A DNA stretch of 64,000 nt, from positions 1-64,000 of the IMG/VR virus record IMGVR_UViG_3300028920_001457; one strand, 5' to 3'. Position numbers and translations under genes: made by a program. Below the pieces are notes generated by a model. That model did no database searches and was not told the origin of the DNA. It saw only the letters and a list, made by a program, of their open reading frames with translations. Source of the stretch: a virus. The number at the start of each line of letters is the position of its first letter. Positions within the stretch are counted from its first letter, which is position 1. Shown one piece after another: positions 40,520-50,585 of the stretch.

Positions 40520-40586
40520 GACCCAATAAAAGCACAAAACGTGGTTTGCAAAACCATGGGGGACGGTGCGATTCCGTCTTGGGTCT
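40520..40586 (+). tRNA. tRNA-Cys(GCA), D-arm reduced
   Basis: GTGGT-TTGCAAA-ACCAT; U73; D region is an unpaired A-rich 14-mer. Confidence 0.75.
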
Positions 40587-40624
40587 CTAATATATTTCTT
40601 ACCTTTGCATAAAACAAGAATAGT

Positions 40625-43135
40625 ATGGGCAAGAAACAACCGCCAAAGGCAGAAAAGAAACTTTCCTTTGAAACAGACTTTGAGTTACAGGAAGAAACCC
40701 GCCTAAAGCTACGTCCCGAAGATATAGTAAAGATAAAAGAGGAAGCAGGCAAACTACCCGATGACTTTAATCCTTATGGGAACTATATGCCCGAAAAACT
40801 CAGATTTCTGGGCGACGAACCACCCCCAAACACCAAAAGATTTGTTGGAATAAATGTGGATGATGATGATCTGACACCGATTTATGTAAGCACACCCGCC
40901 CCCCCGCCGAAAGAATTAATAGATTATCACGACCTACCACCCACAGAACAATATTGGCGGCGTATGGAAGTACCCAAACGACTGCATAAATTAGAAGAGA
41001 GAGCCTTCCTTGCGCTATTTGAGGTAGAAAGAAGAAACAGGCAGGAAACAGTACAGGGCTATAGGATTTATCAGAAATATTGGGAAATATTAGAAGCAGA
41101 ACAGGATAAATATGCGGAAGAGATAGCATGGATAAAAAAGATGTGGTGGTACAGGACTAACGGCTATTGGTTCTATAATGATGGCGAACCCGCCTATTGT
41201 ACTGGTGAATATTTTGATTATCTTAACTTTTGGTATATAAAGGATGGTGAGACACATGTGGAATTCAGGGAAGAGGATCGGGTTATTTCTATTTTTTCAC
41301 ATTATCTAAGAACAACAACCGAGTCTTTCGCCAACATAAACCCCACCACGGGTAGGGCAATGAAAAATAAAGATGGCAAGTATGATATGGTGGATGTCGG
41401 TGCAAGAGTATTTTTCGGTGACATGAAACCGAAATTCAGGAGGTGTGGGGAAACGCAATGGGCGTGTCACGGGATATGGCTTGGTGCGAGTACGACACCC
41501 GCCGCTTATGGTACTATCATATCCATGGATGGTGAAAACGCACAAAAGCACTATTACAAAAAGCTAATACCCGCATGGAATAAATATCCTATGTTTCTCA
41601 AGCCAATATGGATGGGTACGAAACGTCCCACAAATATTAAGTTGATAGAACCACCCAATGTATTTAATCCCAATATGGAGGGATTGGGTTCTAATATTGA
41701 TTATACAGAAAGCTCCGGGGTGTCGAAGAATGATGGTGATACATTACATTTTTGTCTCTCAGACGAGGAGGGAAAAAGTAAGTCACCTATAGCCGAAAGG
41801 TGGAGTGTAAATAAGATAGCTATGTCAACGGGTGGTGGGTCTAACATCCTTAATAACGCTTATGCGTGGCATCCGAGTACCGTTGAGGATATTGGTGACG
41901 GTGCGCCAGAGTATTTTAAAATGTGGCAACTATCTAATTTTTATGAAAGGATACCCATACTTGGGCAGACACACTCGGGGTTGGCAAGGATTTTCATTCC
42001 CGCATATAAGAAACTCGAGGGTTTTATTGACAGGTGGGGTAAGTCGGTATCGGATACACCAACGAAACGACAGATAAAATACAGTCCACGAGCCAAATTT
42101 GCACTCACGGGCAAGGGTGCAAGGGAAACACTACAGGCAGTTCTTGATTCCTTGTTAGCCAAGGGGACACCCGAGGCACTTGAGGCATACAGGTCAAGGC
42201 GCAGAAAGTTCCCGATGAAGTCGGCAGATGCATGGTTGGGGAGTTCGGGTAATGTGGGTTTCAACCTTGAGATAATAGACAAGCGTATAGAGGAACTCAA
42301 TAGGATAAAGTCTTTTGGCAAGATGAATTATAAAACCGGGTATTTTTACAGGGAAAACAATCATCCACAGGGCGATGTGTTGTGGCGTACAGACCTCGAC
42401 AACCCCAAGTTTATCATGTCCAAGGACTTACCACAGGAATTAACCAACAGAAGGAGTGTGGTCGACTTTTACGATGGTCTCAGGCAACAGTGGAAGAAAT
42501 CATGGACACCAGTAGACGGATATAAATTCACCCTTGGGGTGGATATGTTCAGAAATCTATCGCCCGTAGAGGCAAAACAGGCATCTAAATTTGGGGGATT
42601 TACCAATAACTCCCGCCAGAGTAATGGTGGTATAGCTATTCTATGGGAATATGATTCAGAATATCCCGATAGTGGCAGGTGTGTATTGTCGTATAATTAT
42701 CGTCCATCGACACAAAAAGAGTTTATGGATGATGTTCTTATGGCGGCACAGTATTTCGGGGCAATGATATATCCCGAACAAAACGTAGAGCGGTTTATTG
42801 AGTATATGTTTGATGAGGGCTATGGCGGGTATGGGCTTTATGATATTGATTTGGTAACTGGTAATATAAAGAAACTACCAGGGCGATATACTACAAAAGA
42901 AAGCCTGCAAGAGATGTTCAGGGAATATAAGGACTATATAGAACGTAAGGGTGCGGAAGAAGAACACGATGATTTGCTAATGCAGATGAAAAACATACGT
43001 GGGGTAGAAGATGCTACACGTAATGACCTTTTCGTTGCTTTCGGTATGTGTCTTCTTGGAAGTAAGTCCCGTGTCAGGGAAATTATAAAGCGTGAAGACT
43101 TTGGTGAGGCAATAGCAATAGACGATATTTTTTAA
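40625..43135 (+). CDS. Terminase large subunit (crAss-like)
   Basis: Walker A-like KPKFRRCGET, Walker B-like LSDEEGK, nuclease LGVD, E.NV and D..VAFG motifs; sits before portal. Confidence 0.85.
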   Translation: MGKKQPPKAEKKLSFETDFELQEETRLKLRPEDIVKIKEEAGKLPDDFNPYGNYMPEKLRFLGDEPPPNTKRFVGINVDDDDLTPIYVSTPAPPPKELIDYHDLPPTEQYWRRMEVPKRLHKLEERAFLALFEVERRNRQETVQGYRIYQKYWEILEAEQDKYAEEIAWIKKMWWYRTNGYWFYNDGEPAYCTGEYFDYLNFWYIKDGETHVEFREEDRVISIFSHYLRTTTESFANINPTTGRAMKNKDGKYDMVDVGARVFFGDMKPKFRRCGETQWACHGIWLGASTTPAAYGTIISMDGENAQKHYYKKLIPAWNKYPMFLKPIWMGTKRPTNIKLIEPPNVFNPNMEGLGSNIDYTESSGVSKNDGDTLHFCLSDEEGKSKSPIAERWSVNKIAMSTGGGSNILNNAYAWHPSTVEDIGDGAPEYFKMWQLSNFYERIPILGQTHSGLARIFIPAYKKLEGFIDRWGKSVSDTPTKRQIKYSPRAKFALTGKGARETLQAVLDSLLAKGTPEALEAYRSRRRKFPMKSADAWLGSSGNVGFNLEIIDKRIEELNRIKSFGKMNYKTGYFYRENNHPQGDVLWRTDLDNPKFIMSKDLPQELTNRRSVVDFYDGLRQQWKKSWTPVDGYKFTLGVDMFRNLSPVEAKQASKFGGFTNNSRQSNGGIAILWEYDSEYPDSGRCVLSYNYRPSTQKEFMDDVLMAAQYFGAMIYPEQNVERFIEYMFDEGYGGYGLYDIDLVTGNIKKLPGRYTTKESLQEMFREYKDYIERKGAEEEHDDLLMQMKNIRGVEDATRNDLFVAFGMCLLGSKSRVREIIKREDFGEAIAIDDIF

Positions 43136-43166
43136 ATTAGTAACTTTGCATCAAATTTAGTTACGA

Positions 43167-45518
43167 ATGAATCTTGCACAGAAGAATTATGTTGAGGGTG
43201 AGTATAGTTTCCCCCGACAAGACATAAATCCGAAAGAGAAAGACGAATCCTACCATAGACGTAATACCGAAGCTATATATTCCCTATTTTGTAAAGGAAA
43301 AACAGCCTGGGGTGTCAATGCCTATGATTACTTTCAGACATTAAGGGATTACTCATGCGGCAATCAGTCTACAGACCGCTATAAATCATGGTTATTATCA
43401 GACCAGTCCGAGGGTGCTACAGAGACAGTGGCGACGGATTCTTTTGATAGCATACCCCTGTCGAGGGTCAGCAAAAAAGAGGGATGGTATGCCATGATGT
43501 GGCAGAACATAAGTCCTGCGCCGACGATACTTGAAGCCCTGCATGGGCAATTTGATAAGTTAGATCACGACCTGTATGTTAATGCCATTGATTCCAACTC
43601 CAAAGACATAGAAGAAAATGAGGCGTTCCTTAAATATTTTGAAGGGAAGAACCTTGCATGGCAGACAGAGTATAAGCAAAAGGCGGGCATACCTATAGAC
43701 GAAGAGGTTTATTATCCCAAGTCACAACAGGAATTTGAGATGTTTAAGGCTCAAGACGGCTTTAAACTTGGTGTGGCACGCAGTATGCAAAAACTACTTC
43801 GTTATTCCTTTGGTGTAAGTAAGTGGGATACGGTGGCACGCAAGAAGGTGATAGATGATATTATATGTCTGCGTTATGGTGCTTTGAGAGATTATTATGA
43901 TAGTGAGGATCATAAGTTCAAGACCAAGTGGGCAGACCCCGCAAGGACGGTAATACAATTTTCCAATGAATCCGACTATAGTGATAGTGAATATGGCGGG
44001 TATTTTGAATTCTGGACTATATCCAACCTAAAGAGGAAAAGACCCGATGTGGATGAAAGTAAATGGAAGGCTCTTGCACGCTCATCGAATGCCATGGGAT
44101 TTCTTGATAACCCACGCACATGGAACGACAAATACAGCGCATTAGACCCATCTACACATCTATATGGCTATGATAGCTTCAAAGTACCAGTATTCTGGGG
44201 TGTGTGGATAGATATGGATGCACAGAAAAGACAGTATTATACGTCTTATGGACGTAGGCTTGTGCGGGATTTGGAATATGACGAAGAAGGCAAAAACACC
44301 GAAAACAAAGAAGTAAAGACAGTCCATATAAGAAAGGTAAGGGAATGTTATTGGGTGATAGGCACAGAGATAACTTTTGATTCAGGTGTTGTTAAGATGG
44401 CATCCCGCAAGGGATATAGCAAACCGCAACTACCCATACATGTAGAACAGCTATTACAGCCTTCGATAGTAGAAAGGCTTATCCCTATCTTAGATCAGAT
44501 AGAACTGACATTCTTACGATACCAGAACTCTCTTGCACAGATGGTAGAAAACGGTTATGCCCTGAACACCTCTATGCTTGGTAATGTGACCTATGGCGGG
44601 AAGAAACTAAAACCCGCAGAGGTGGTTAAGTTATTCAGGCAGACAGGATTCCTGTTGTATCAGTATGCGGCAGGAACAGGGTTATATACAGGTGGTGTAG
44701 CCACACCCATCACAGAGATAGAGGGGGGTATGAAGAAACGTGTCGAAGAGACATTACAGACTTTAGATATGTGGTTTGGCGTTATAAAGTCCATGACGGG
44801 GATAGATGTTGTCGCATTGGCGACGACCCCCGTAGCCACAGACCCCAAAGAGCTACCGGCAGGACAGGTGCAGATAACACAAAACGTGCTAAAGACTATC
44901 ATGTACGCTACCTCTGAATTAAAGCAGAGTGTGGGTGAGTGTATGATGCGCAGGATACAGACGGGCATAAGAACGAACAAATCTATACGCAAGGCTTATG
45001 CGGGTGTTATAAGTAATGCCGACATGGAGGCTATTGTGAGGATGGAAGCCGAGGGTACGCAGTATGGGCTGACACTCAAACCGAAACCCGACAAGATAGC
45101 CAAGGCAAGGTTCGAGAAATGGATTGACATAGCCCTACAAAACACGAGAGAACAGCGTCCGGGCATAGACCTTAATGATGCTATATACTTCATGTCACAA
45201 CTTGAGAACGGTGCTGACCTGACCGAATTAGAGAAACAGCTTGAATATGCTATTGAGAAGAATAAGCAAGAGGCACAGGCTAATTCTGAAAGGATGATGC
45301 AGGTACAGGCAGAGGAAAACCGCAAGAGTGAGGAACAAAAACAGCAAGGCGAACTTGCTAATATAAAAGCAGAGGCAGAAGTTAAGCTACAGGAAGAACT
45401 TGTACGGGGACAGATTAAAGATAGAGAGTCGAACAAAGAGATAGCGGCAGACCTTTATAAGTCATTAAGGGAGGAAGCTGCGGCTGAAGAAGGCGTTAAT
45501 ATTAGCGGAGGACGATAA
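43167..45518 (+). CDS. Portal protein
   Basis: 783 aa, follows terminase, helical with Q/E-rich coiled C-terminus; crAss-like order. Confidence 0.8.
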   Translation: MNLAQKNYVEGEYSFPRQDINPKEKDESYHRRNTEAIYSLFCKGKTAWGVNAYDYFQTLRDYSCGNQSTDRYKSWLLSDQSEGATETVATDSFDSIPLSRVSKKEGWYAMMWQNISPAPTILEALHGQFDKLDHDLYVNAIDSNSKDIEENEAFLKYFEGKNLAWQTEYKQKAGIPIDEEVYYPKSQQEFEMFKAQDGFKLGVARSMQKLLRYSFGVSKWDTVARKKVIDDIICLRYGALRDYYDSEDHKFKTKWADPARTVIQFSNESDYSDSEYGGYFEFWTISNLKRKRPDVDESKWKALARSSNAMGFLDNPRTWNDKYSALDPSTHLYGYDSFKVPVFWGVWIDMDAQKRQYYTSYGRRLVRDLEYDEEGKNTENKEVKTVHIRKVRECYWVIGTEITFDSGVVKMASRKGYSKPQLPIHVEQLLQPSIVERLIPILDQIELTFLRYQNSLAQMVENGYALNTSMLGNVTYGGKKLKPAEVVKLFRQTGFLLYQYAAGTGLYTGGVATPITEIEGGMKKRVEETLQTLDMWFGVIKSMTGIDVVALATTPVATDPKELPAGQVQITQNVLKTIMYATSELKQSVGECMMRRIQTGIRTNKSIRKAYAGVISNADMEAIVRMEAEGTQYGLTLKPKPDKIAKARFEKWIDIALQNTREQRPGIDLNDAIYFMSQLENGADLTELEKQLEYAIEKNKQEAQANSERMMQVQAEENRKSEEQKQQGELANIKAEAEVKLQEELVRGQIKDRESNKEIAADLYKSLREEAAAEEGVNISGGR

Positions 45519-45520
45519 TC

Positions 45521-45766
45521 ATGGCAACAGGAAGAGATAAATTAAGAATATTTGAAAATGTAGTGGCGAGAGTAGGGTTTAGTGGTGATGTCGTAGGTGA
45601 GTTTGCCAAGGCACTATCAGCACTGAATGGTATACAGGCGTATAATGATGCAATTGAGCCAACTATGAGCCAACTGCCCCCACAGGGACAAAACTTACCA
45701 CCAGAACAGTCAAATAATACGGGTTTCATGTCCCCCGCTAATGAAATGGGGCAAAATATCGTCTAA
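45521..45766 (+). CDS. Small hypothetical head-module protein
   Basis: Between portal and scaffold. Confidence 0.5.
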   Translation: MATGRDKLRIFENVVARVGFSGDVVGEFAKALSALNGIQAYNDAIEPTMSQLPPQGQNLPPEQSNNTGFMSPANEMGQNIV

Positions 45767-45861
45767 ACGGTAAAATAATCAGGGAATTTAGTACATAAAA
45801 ATAGTATTAAAAATATTATTACTAATTTTGCAAACGAAAAACAAGATAAAAAACAGAAACC

Positions 45862-47064
45862 ATGGCAGATTTTCCAAACATGAGTCAATCGCCGCCAGAA
45901 GAAACCCAACAGGCGGAAACAACTACGGAAGAGGTTAAGGAACAGAGTCAGGGACAGACCACACAGACCGAAGCCTCTACCGAAACAACAACAGAAGAAA
46001 AGCCACAAAGCGAGGCTACAGAAGAAAGGATTTTGGGACAGACGACTACCGAAGGAACGGAACAGTCAGAGCAACCCGCAGAGACAGAAGGAGGACCCGC
46101 CGAAGTGGATAAGTTCATTGAAACTTTTAATAAGCGTTTTAACACTACTTATGAAAATGAGGACGCAATTAAGGACTTATTTGACCGATCAGGGAAGGTT
46201 GGTGAATATGAGGAAAAATTGAAAGAATTTGATAGCCTCAAAAGCAGTGTTGATACGTATAAAGAACAACTGGAAGAAGTACGAGCCAACGGGTTATCAG
46301 ACCTTATGGGCAAACCCCTTATTCGTGGTGCGTATATTGCAGACCAGCTTCTTGCCAAATATCCCGACAAAGACCCATTCATACTACAGGAAGTAGCCAT
46401 GCTGGACTTAAACAAAATGACGGACTTAGAGGTATTGGCGAGAGAAGCAAAGATTAATAATCCGAACCTAAACCTTGAGGATATAAAACAGGTTATCCTG
46501 GATGATATAAAACCTGAAACACCCGTAGAGGATTGGACAAGTACGGACAAGACAAAACTTGCTGTCAGGGCTGGTAATGCAAGGGCAAATCTTAAAAGCC
46601 TGTTACAGGGCATAGATGTACCAAAGACCGTCACGAAAGAGGAAAGAGAGGCTGCTGCACAACAGGCTTTAGAGGACAAGAAAAAAGCCGCACAGCCCTT
46701 CAAAGAGGTTTTCACAAAGTTTGATACCTACGAAAACGAAGATTTTTCTTTTACTGTGCCTGATGAATACAAGAACGGATTGGGGCAAACATTCGACGAT
46801 GTGTTTATTGAGGCCGGCGTTGAGATAAACAAGGACAATATAGGTCTATTGGAAGCCTTTAAAAGAGGTTTGTTTTTAGATGAGTATTTTCCACAAATAA
46901 AAGCGGTGATAGAGAAACAAGCCAAAGCATCTGTACAGGAAAAGACAGATGAAGAGCTTGATAACACAGAGCCGCCCAATACAGCGACAGCGGCAGAACA
47001 GCCGACGACAGAAGAAAAACTACCGGGAATAGGCGACTTCTTTCAAACAAATAAAAGAAGATAA
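45862..47064 (+). CDS. Putative capsid scaffolding protein
   Basis: Acidic low-complexity N-terminus, helical; directly upstream of capsid gene. Confidence 0.65.
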   Translation: MADFPNMSQSPPEETQQAETTTEEVKEQSQGQTTQTEASTETTTEEKPQSEATEERILGQTTTEGTEQSEQPAETEGGPAEVDKFIETFNKRFNTTYENEDAIKDLFDRSGKVGEYEEKLKEFDSLKSSVDTYKEQLEEVRANGLSDLMGKPLIRGAYIADQLLAKYPDKDPFILQEVAMLDLNKMTDLEVLAREAKINNPNLNLEDIKQVILDDIKPETPVEDWTSTDKTKLAVRAGNARANLKSLLQGIDVPKTVTKEEREAAAQQALEDKKKAAQPFKEVFTKFDTYENEDFSFTVPDEYKNGLGQTFDDVFIEAGVEINKDNIGLLEAFKRGLFLDEYFPQIKAVIEKQAKASVQEKTDEELDNTEPPNTATAAEQPTTEEKLPGIGDFFQTNKRR

Positions 47065-47087
47065 TAAAACCTAAACTTTTACAATAA

Positions 47088-48542
47088 ATGTCAACAACCA
47101 CACTAGGAACAATTAGTTCCAACACAAAGAACGTGCGTTATGGATATCAATTTGATTCTATCTATAACACCATGCTCAAACCCCAAATCTATGGGGACTA
47201 TTTAAGATACTACGGCAAGGGCGTGGGTCTGTTGGAGTTTCTGTATATAAACGGACAGACAACCAACATAAAAGGTAATACGACCACTTATTGGGCTGAA
47301 GGCTCACTCACAAAACTTGTCGAGATTGAAGGTGCTATTGCTATAGCCGCCGAAGGTGCTGATATAACATTTGCGCTTGCCGCAGGTGAATATGATGCCA
47401 ACGGTAACTGCTATCTTAATACCAACGATATAATTGTCATTCCCGCATATTACATTGAAGAACCCACGGGTACTCAATCCATTATGCCTGCCGAATATCA
47501 GATAACAGGGAATGACGGTGCGGCTGCACCAGCAACCGTATATACAGCAAGACCCAAACTTGTCACCACACATCTCAATATAGCTGTTCCTGACGGAACA
47601 AAGCTGATGGTAACTGGTGGAAACTACTCACTTGAGTCAGCAGGTGGTGGCGTTAGGTCTTCGGGATGGTACTCAGATACCTTTGTCAACTCAATCAAAA
47701 AAGCTGATTGGGGTATCGGCCGGGGTACACAGAGTAACGAGAGATACTACGAAACATTGCGTGGTGGCGGAACAGGTATTCTTACCAAGAACACCATGGA
47801 AGCCGACTATTGGCTTGACAAGTACATCAACGATGAGATATGGCTGTCACAGGGTCTCACCAATACCCTTAACATGAATAACCGTAATGGTGTTGCCATA
47901 CCAGCAACAGCCACGGTAGGCGTGCTAAAGCACTTGGTAGACTCAGCTATGAAGCAGTATTACACTGCCGCATATCAGCTAACAGACTTTGACGACCTCA
48001 AAGACCTGCTTATGTCTCAGGGTATCACAGAAAGAAACCTTGCCTTCTTTATGGGTTCAAATCTCTACCAACAGATAGAAAACACAGGACTTGATACTAT
48101 CAAGGAATTCTCTGGCGGGACAGACCTTATGAGAAAGCTCGATGAGATACATGTAGCCTTCAAAGCTATCAACAAGAACGGTGTCTACACAATATTTAAA
48201 GAACTGCCGTCCTTGAGTGATCCAACTGCTTACGGTGCAACAGCCTTCAATGATTACTTCAAAGACTTAGGATTTATACTTCCTGATGTCGATGTAACGG
48301 TTATGAGAGGTGACTTTGAAGCCGCAGGTGCCTTCAAAATTAAGAACCTGACACTGGGCTTCAAAAACTACAATGGCGAGAACCGTACAAGGGTAGTTAA
48401 AGACATACCGAGTATGGCAGGACAGGGTAGCATCGCAGTCGATAATTATGATGATAGCCGCGGATCAATGCTTAGCGAATTCAGTGTCCAGTTCGTGCTT
48501 CCGAACCAGGCAATACTTGTCTTAAACGACAATATCTTATAA
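47088..48542 (+). CDS. Major capsid protein
   Basis: 484 aa after scaffold, strong codon bias, followed by terminator. Confidence 0.8.
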   Translation: MSTTTLGTISSNTKNVRYGYQFDSIYNTMLKPQIYGDYLRYYGKGVGLLEFLYINGQTTNIKGNTTTYWAEGSLTKLVEIEGAIAIAAEGADITFALAAGEYDANGNCYLNTNDIIVIPAYYIEEPTGTQSIMPAEYQITGNDGAAAPATVYTARPKLVTTHLNIAVPDGTKLMVTGGNYSLESAGGGVRSSGWYSDTFVNSIKKADWGIGRGTQSNERYYETLRGGGTGILTKNTMEADYWLDKYINDEIWLSQGLTNTLNMNNRNGVAIPATATVGVLKHLVDSAMKQYYTAAYQLTDFDDLKDLLMSQGITERNLAFFMGSNLYQQIENTGLDTIKEFSGGTDLMRKLDEIHVAFKAINKNGVYTIFKELPSLSDPTAYGATAFNDYFKDLGFILPDVDVTVMRGDFEAAGAFKIKNLTLGFKNYNGENRTRVVKDIPSMAGQGSIAVDNYDDSRGSMLSEFSVQFVLPNQAILVLNDNIL

Positions 48543-48565
48543 TTCAGATTTACAGATGATTATAG

Positions 48566-48592
48566 AGAGGGTGCGAGAGTTCCCTCTTTTTT
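48566..48592 (+). terminator. Intrinsic terminator
   Basis: AGAGGG...CCCTCT plus T tract. Confidence 0.65.
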
Positions 48593-48725
48593 ATTTGTAT
48601 ATTTGAAAAATTCATTTTATCTTCGTACCTTTGTGGTCAGATAGTCGGGGGTGGCCTCCCGATGAAAGTGGAAACCCGAACTCCATTTCTGGCCTTTTTG
48701 TTCGGGATAATTAAACAAACGGGTT

Positions 48726-49475
48726 ATGGAAACTAAAATTTGTATAAGGTGCAAGAGAAATTTATCTGTAAATGATTTTCATAAAAACAAAAACACCAAA
48801 GATGGTTATCAGGGATATTGTAAGGAATGCCGAGTGGAAATGCGTAATGCTGAATTAGGTGAACAAAGAAAATTATTAAAGAGAGGACTGAGAATGTGTA
48901 GGAGATGTGGGGAAATAAAAAAACTCACGGAATTTGTAAAAAACAAAGAATGTACTCTTGGTTATAGTTATACTTGTCTAGCATGCAGTAGGGCAGATTG
49001 GGTTAAATACAGAAGAAAGCAAAGTTATAAAGAATATTATAGGAACTATCATATTGAATATAATAAAAAAAACAGAGCAATCCTAAGTGAGAAGGCGGTA
49101 AAATATTATCAAAACAGGTATTATGATGATTTGAATTATAGAATAAGGCTTTTATTAAAGGGTAGGCTTAACCATGCACTTTATGGAAACAACAAAAATT
49201 CCAAAAGTAAATTTTTGGATATATTAGGATGTAGTATAGAGGATTTAAAATCATATATAGAAAAGCAATGGAAAGACGGTATGTCTTGGGACAATTGGCG
49301 ACATGATGGTTGGCATATAGATCATATTAAACCATGTGCGAGTTTTGATTTAACCGATTATAAACAACAAAAAGAATGTTTTCATTATACAAATCTACGT
49401 CCAATGTGGGCACGGGATAATTTTTTGAAGAGTAGTATTTATAATGGCGTGCATCATAGAAAAAAGAATAATTAA
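48726..49475 (+). CDS. HNH homing endonuclease with N-terminal zinc fingers
   Basis: C..C repeats; GMSWDN...WHIDHIKP...CFHYTNLRPMWA.DN. Confidence 0.9.
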   Translation: METKICIRCKRNLSVNDFHKNKNTKDGYQGYCKECRVEMRNAELGEQRKLLKRGLRMCRRCGEIKKLTEFVKNKECTLGYSYTCLACSRADWVKYRRKQSYKEYYRNYHIEYNKKNRAILSEKAVKYYQNRYYDDLNYRIRLLLKGRLNHALYGNNKNSKSKFLDILGCSIEDLKSYIEKQWKDGMSWDNWRHDGWHIDHIKPCASFDLTDYKQQKECFHYTNLRPMWARDNFLKSSIYNGVHHRKKNN

Positions 49476-49523
49476 AAAAGTATTATCTTTGTAGGCGAAT
49501 AACAAGAATTAAAAACAGAAACC

Positions 49524-50585
49524 ATGATCTTAGTCAATAAGGAAAGATTGATGATGGATGCTTTGCAAGACCCAAAGCATAAGCATCACGAATTTGCAAA
49601 ATTTTACAATAACACATTGGAGTTTTTGCAAAAGAGATACAAAAACTACATGAGGTATACGCGACCAGGGTATCCCAAGACGACAAAGGGTAGGGACTCA
49701 CGCGGGTTTGACATACCACACATGAAGAAGCCCACACCGCCAATGGCAATTCCATTGAAAGCAAATGTTAATGTAGAAGGTAAGTTAGGCAAGAACCTAT
49801 GGGCGTGTTGCCTTGACGACCCCACATTACTACCGGGTAATCTGTGGGACTTGGGACGCAGACGTTCCATAACCATAGAAGAAGAACTTATCGTGGATAT
49901 AGAGAAAGAACCCGATTTGGCTTTCTTCCTTTATGCCATAAGTCCTTTTAAGAAAAAGAACATTATCAGACTGCATGACCCCGAGGGTATCGATGCCGAG
50001 ATAGGGGCAGAACAGGAGCTTATCACCAAGCGTAAGACAGCAGTATGGACATCGCTTACTGACGAGAAAAAACTGCGTACAGTGGCGAGTGCATATAATG
50101 TAGCTATGGTAGATAGGAAACAGCCCAATGCTATCCGTCAGGAACTTGAGAAGATACTTGAATACAATGACAGGCATAAAGGCATACAGCCATATCTTAA
50201 AGGTACGGATGAACTGCTTGAGGAATTACATCTTACCGATGCCCTTATCATGCGTGCTTATGTACAGAAAACCATTGATGACAAGAAATTAGCATATCGT
50301 CCTGATGGCAGGTGGAAGATAGGTGATAAGATAATAGTACAGGTACCGCAGAATGAGACGAAGACAAGAACGGAATATCTATGTTCTTATCTTTTGGCGG
50401 GTAACAATGCCGAAAAGCTCAAGGAGTTCATACATGACACACTCACAAAGGAATATCTTGACAACTTAGAACTTGAGAAAGAATGGTCTTGGTTGTTTAA
50501 GGTAGCCACGGGACAGGCACCCAACTTCAAGAAGAAAGAGGAAATCAAGACAAGAGTTAGAGAGACATTCTGCCCGATTGGGTAG
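49524..50585 (+). CDS. Conserved head-module protein of unknown function
   Basis: 353 aa downstream of the capsid gene, same codon style as core genes. Confidence 0.55.
   Translation: MILVNKERLMMDALQDPKHKHHEFAKFYNNTLEFLQKRYKNYMRYTRPGYPKTTKGRDSRGFDIPHMKKPTPPMAIPLKANVNVEGKLGKNLWACCLDDPTLLPGNLWDLGRRRSITIEEELIVDIEKEPDLAFFLYAISPFKKKNIIRLHDPEGIDAEIGAEQELITKRKTAVWTSLTDEKKLRTVASAYNVAMVDRKQPNAIRQELEKILEYNDRHKGIQPYLKGTDELLEELHLTDALIMRAYVQKTIDDKKLAYRPDGRWKIGDKIIVQVPQNETKTRTEYLCSYLLAGNNAEKLKEFIHDTLTKEYLDNLELEKEWSWLFKVATGQAPNFKKKEEIKTRVRETFCPIG

Noticed and set aside
38431-40752. ORFs called across the tRNA array (38431+, 39066-, 39109+, 39423-, 40106-, 40219-, 40504-)
   Set aside because: They overlap clear tRNA cloverleaves and are shadow frames.
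48635-48706. Hammerhead ribozyme (CCGATGA...GAAA)
   Set aside because: The GAAA and cleavage triplet are not placed as the hammerhead core requires.
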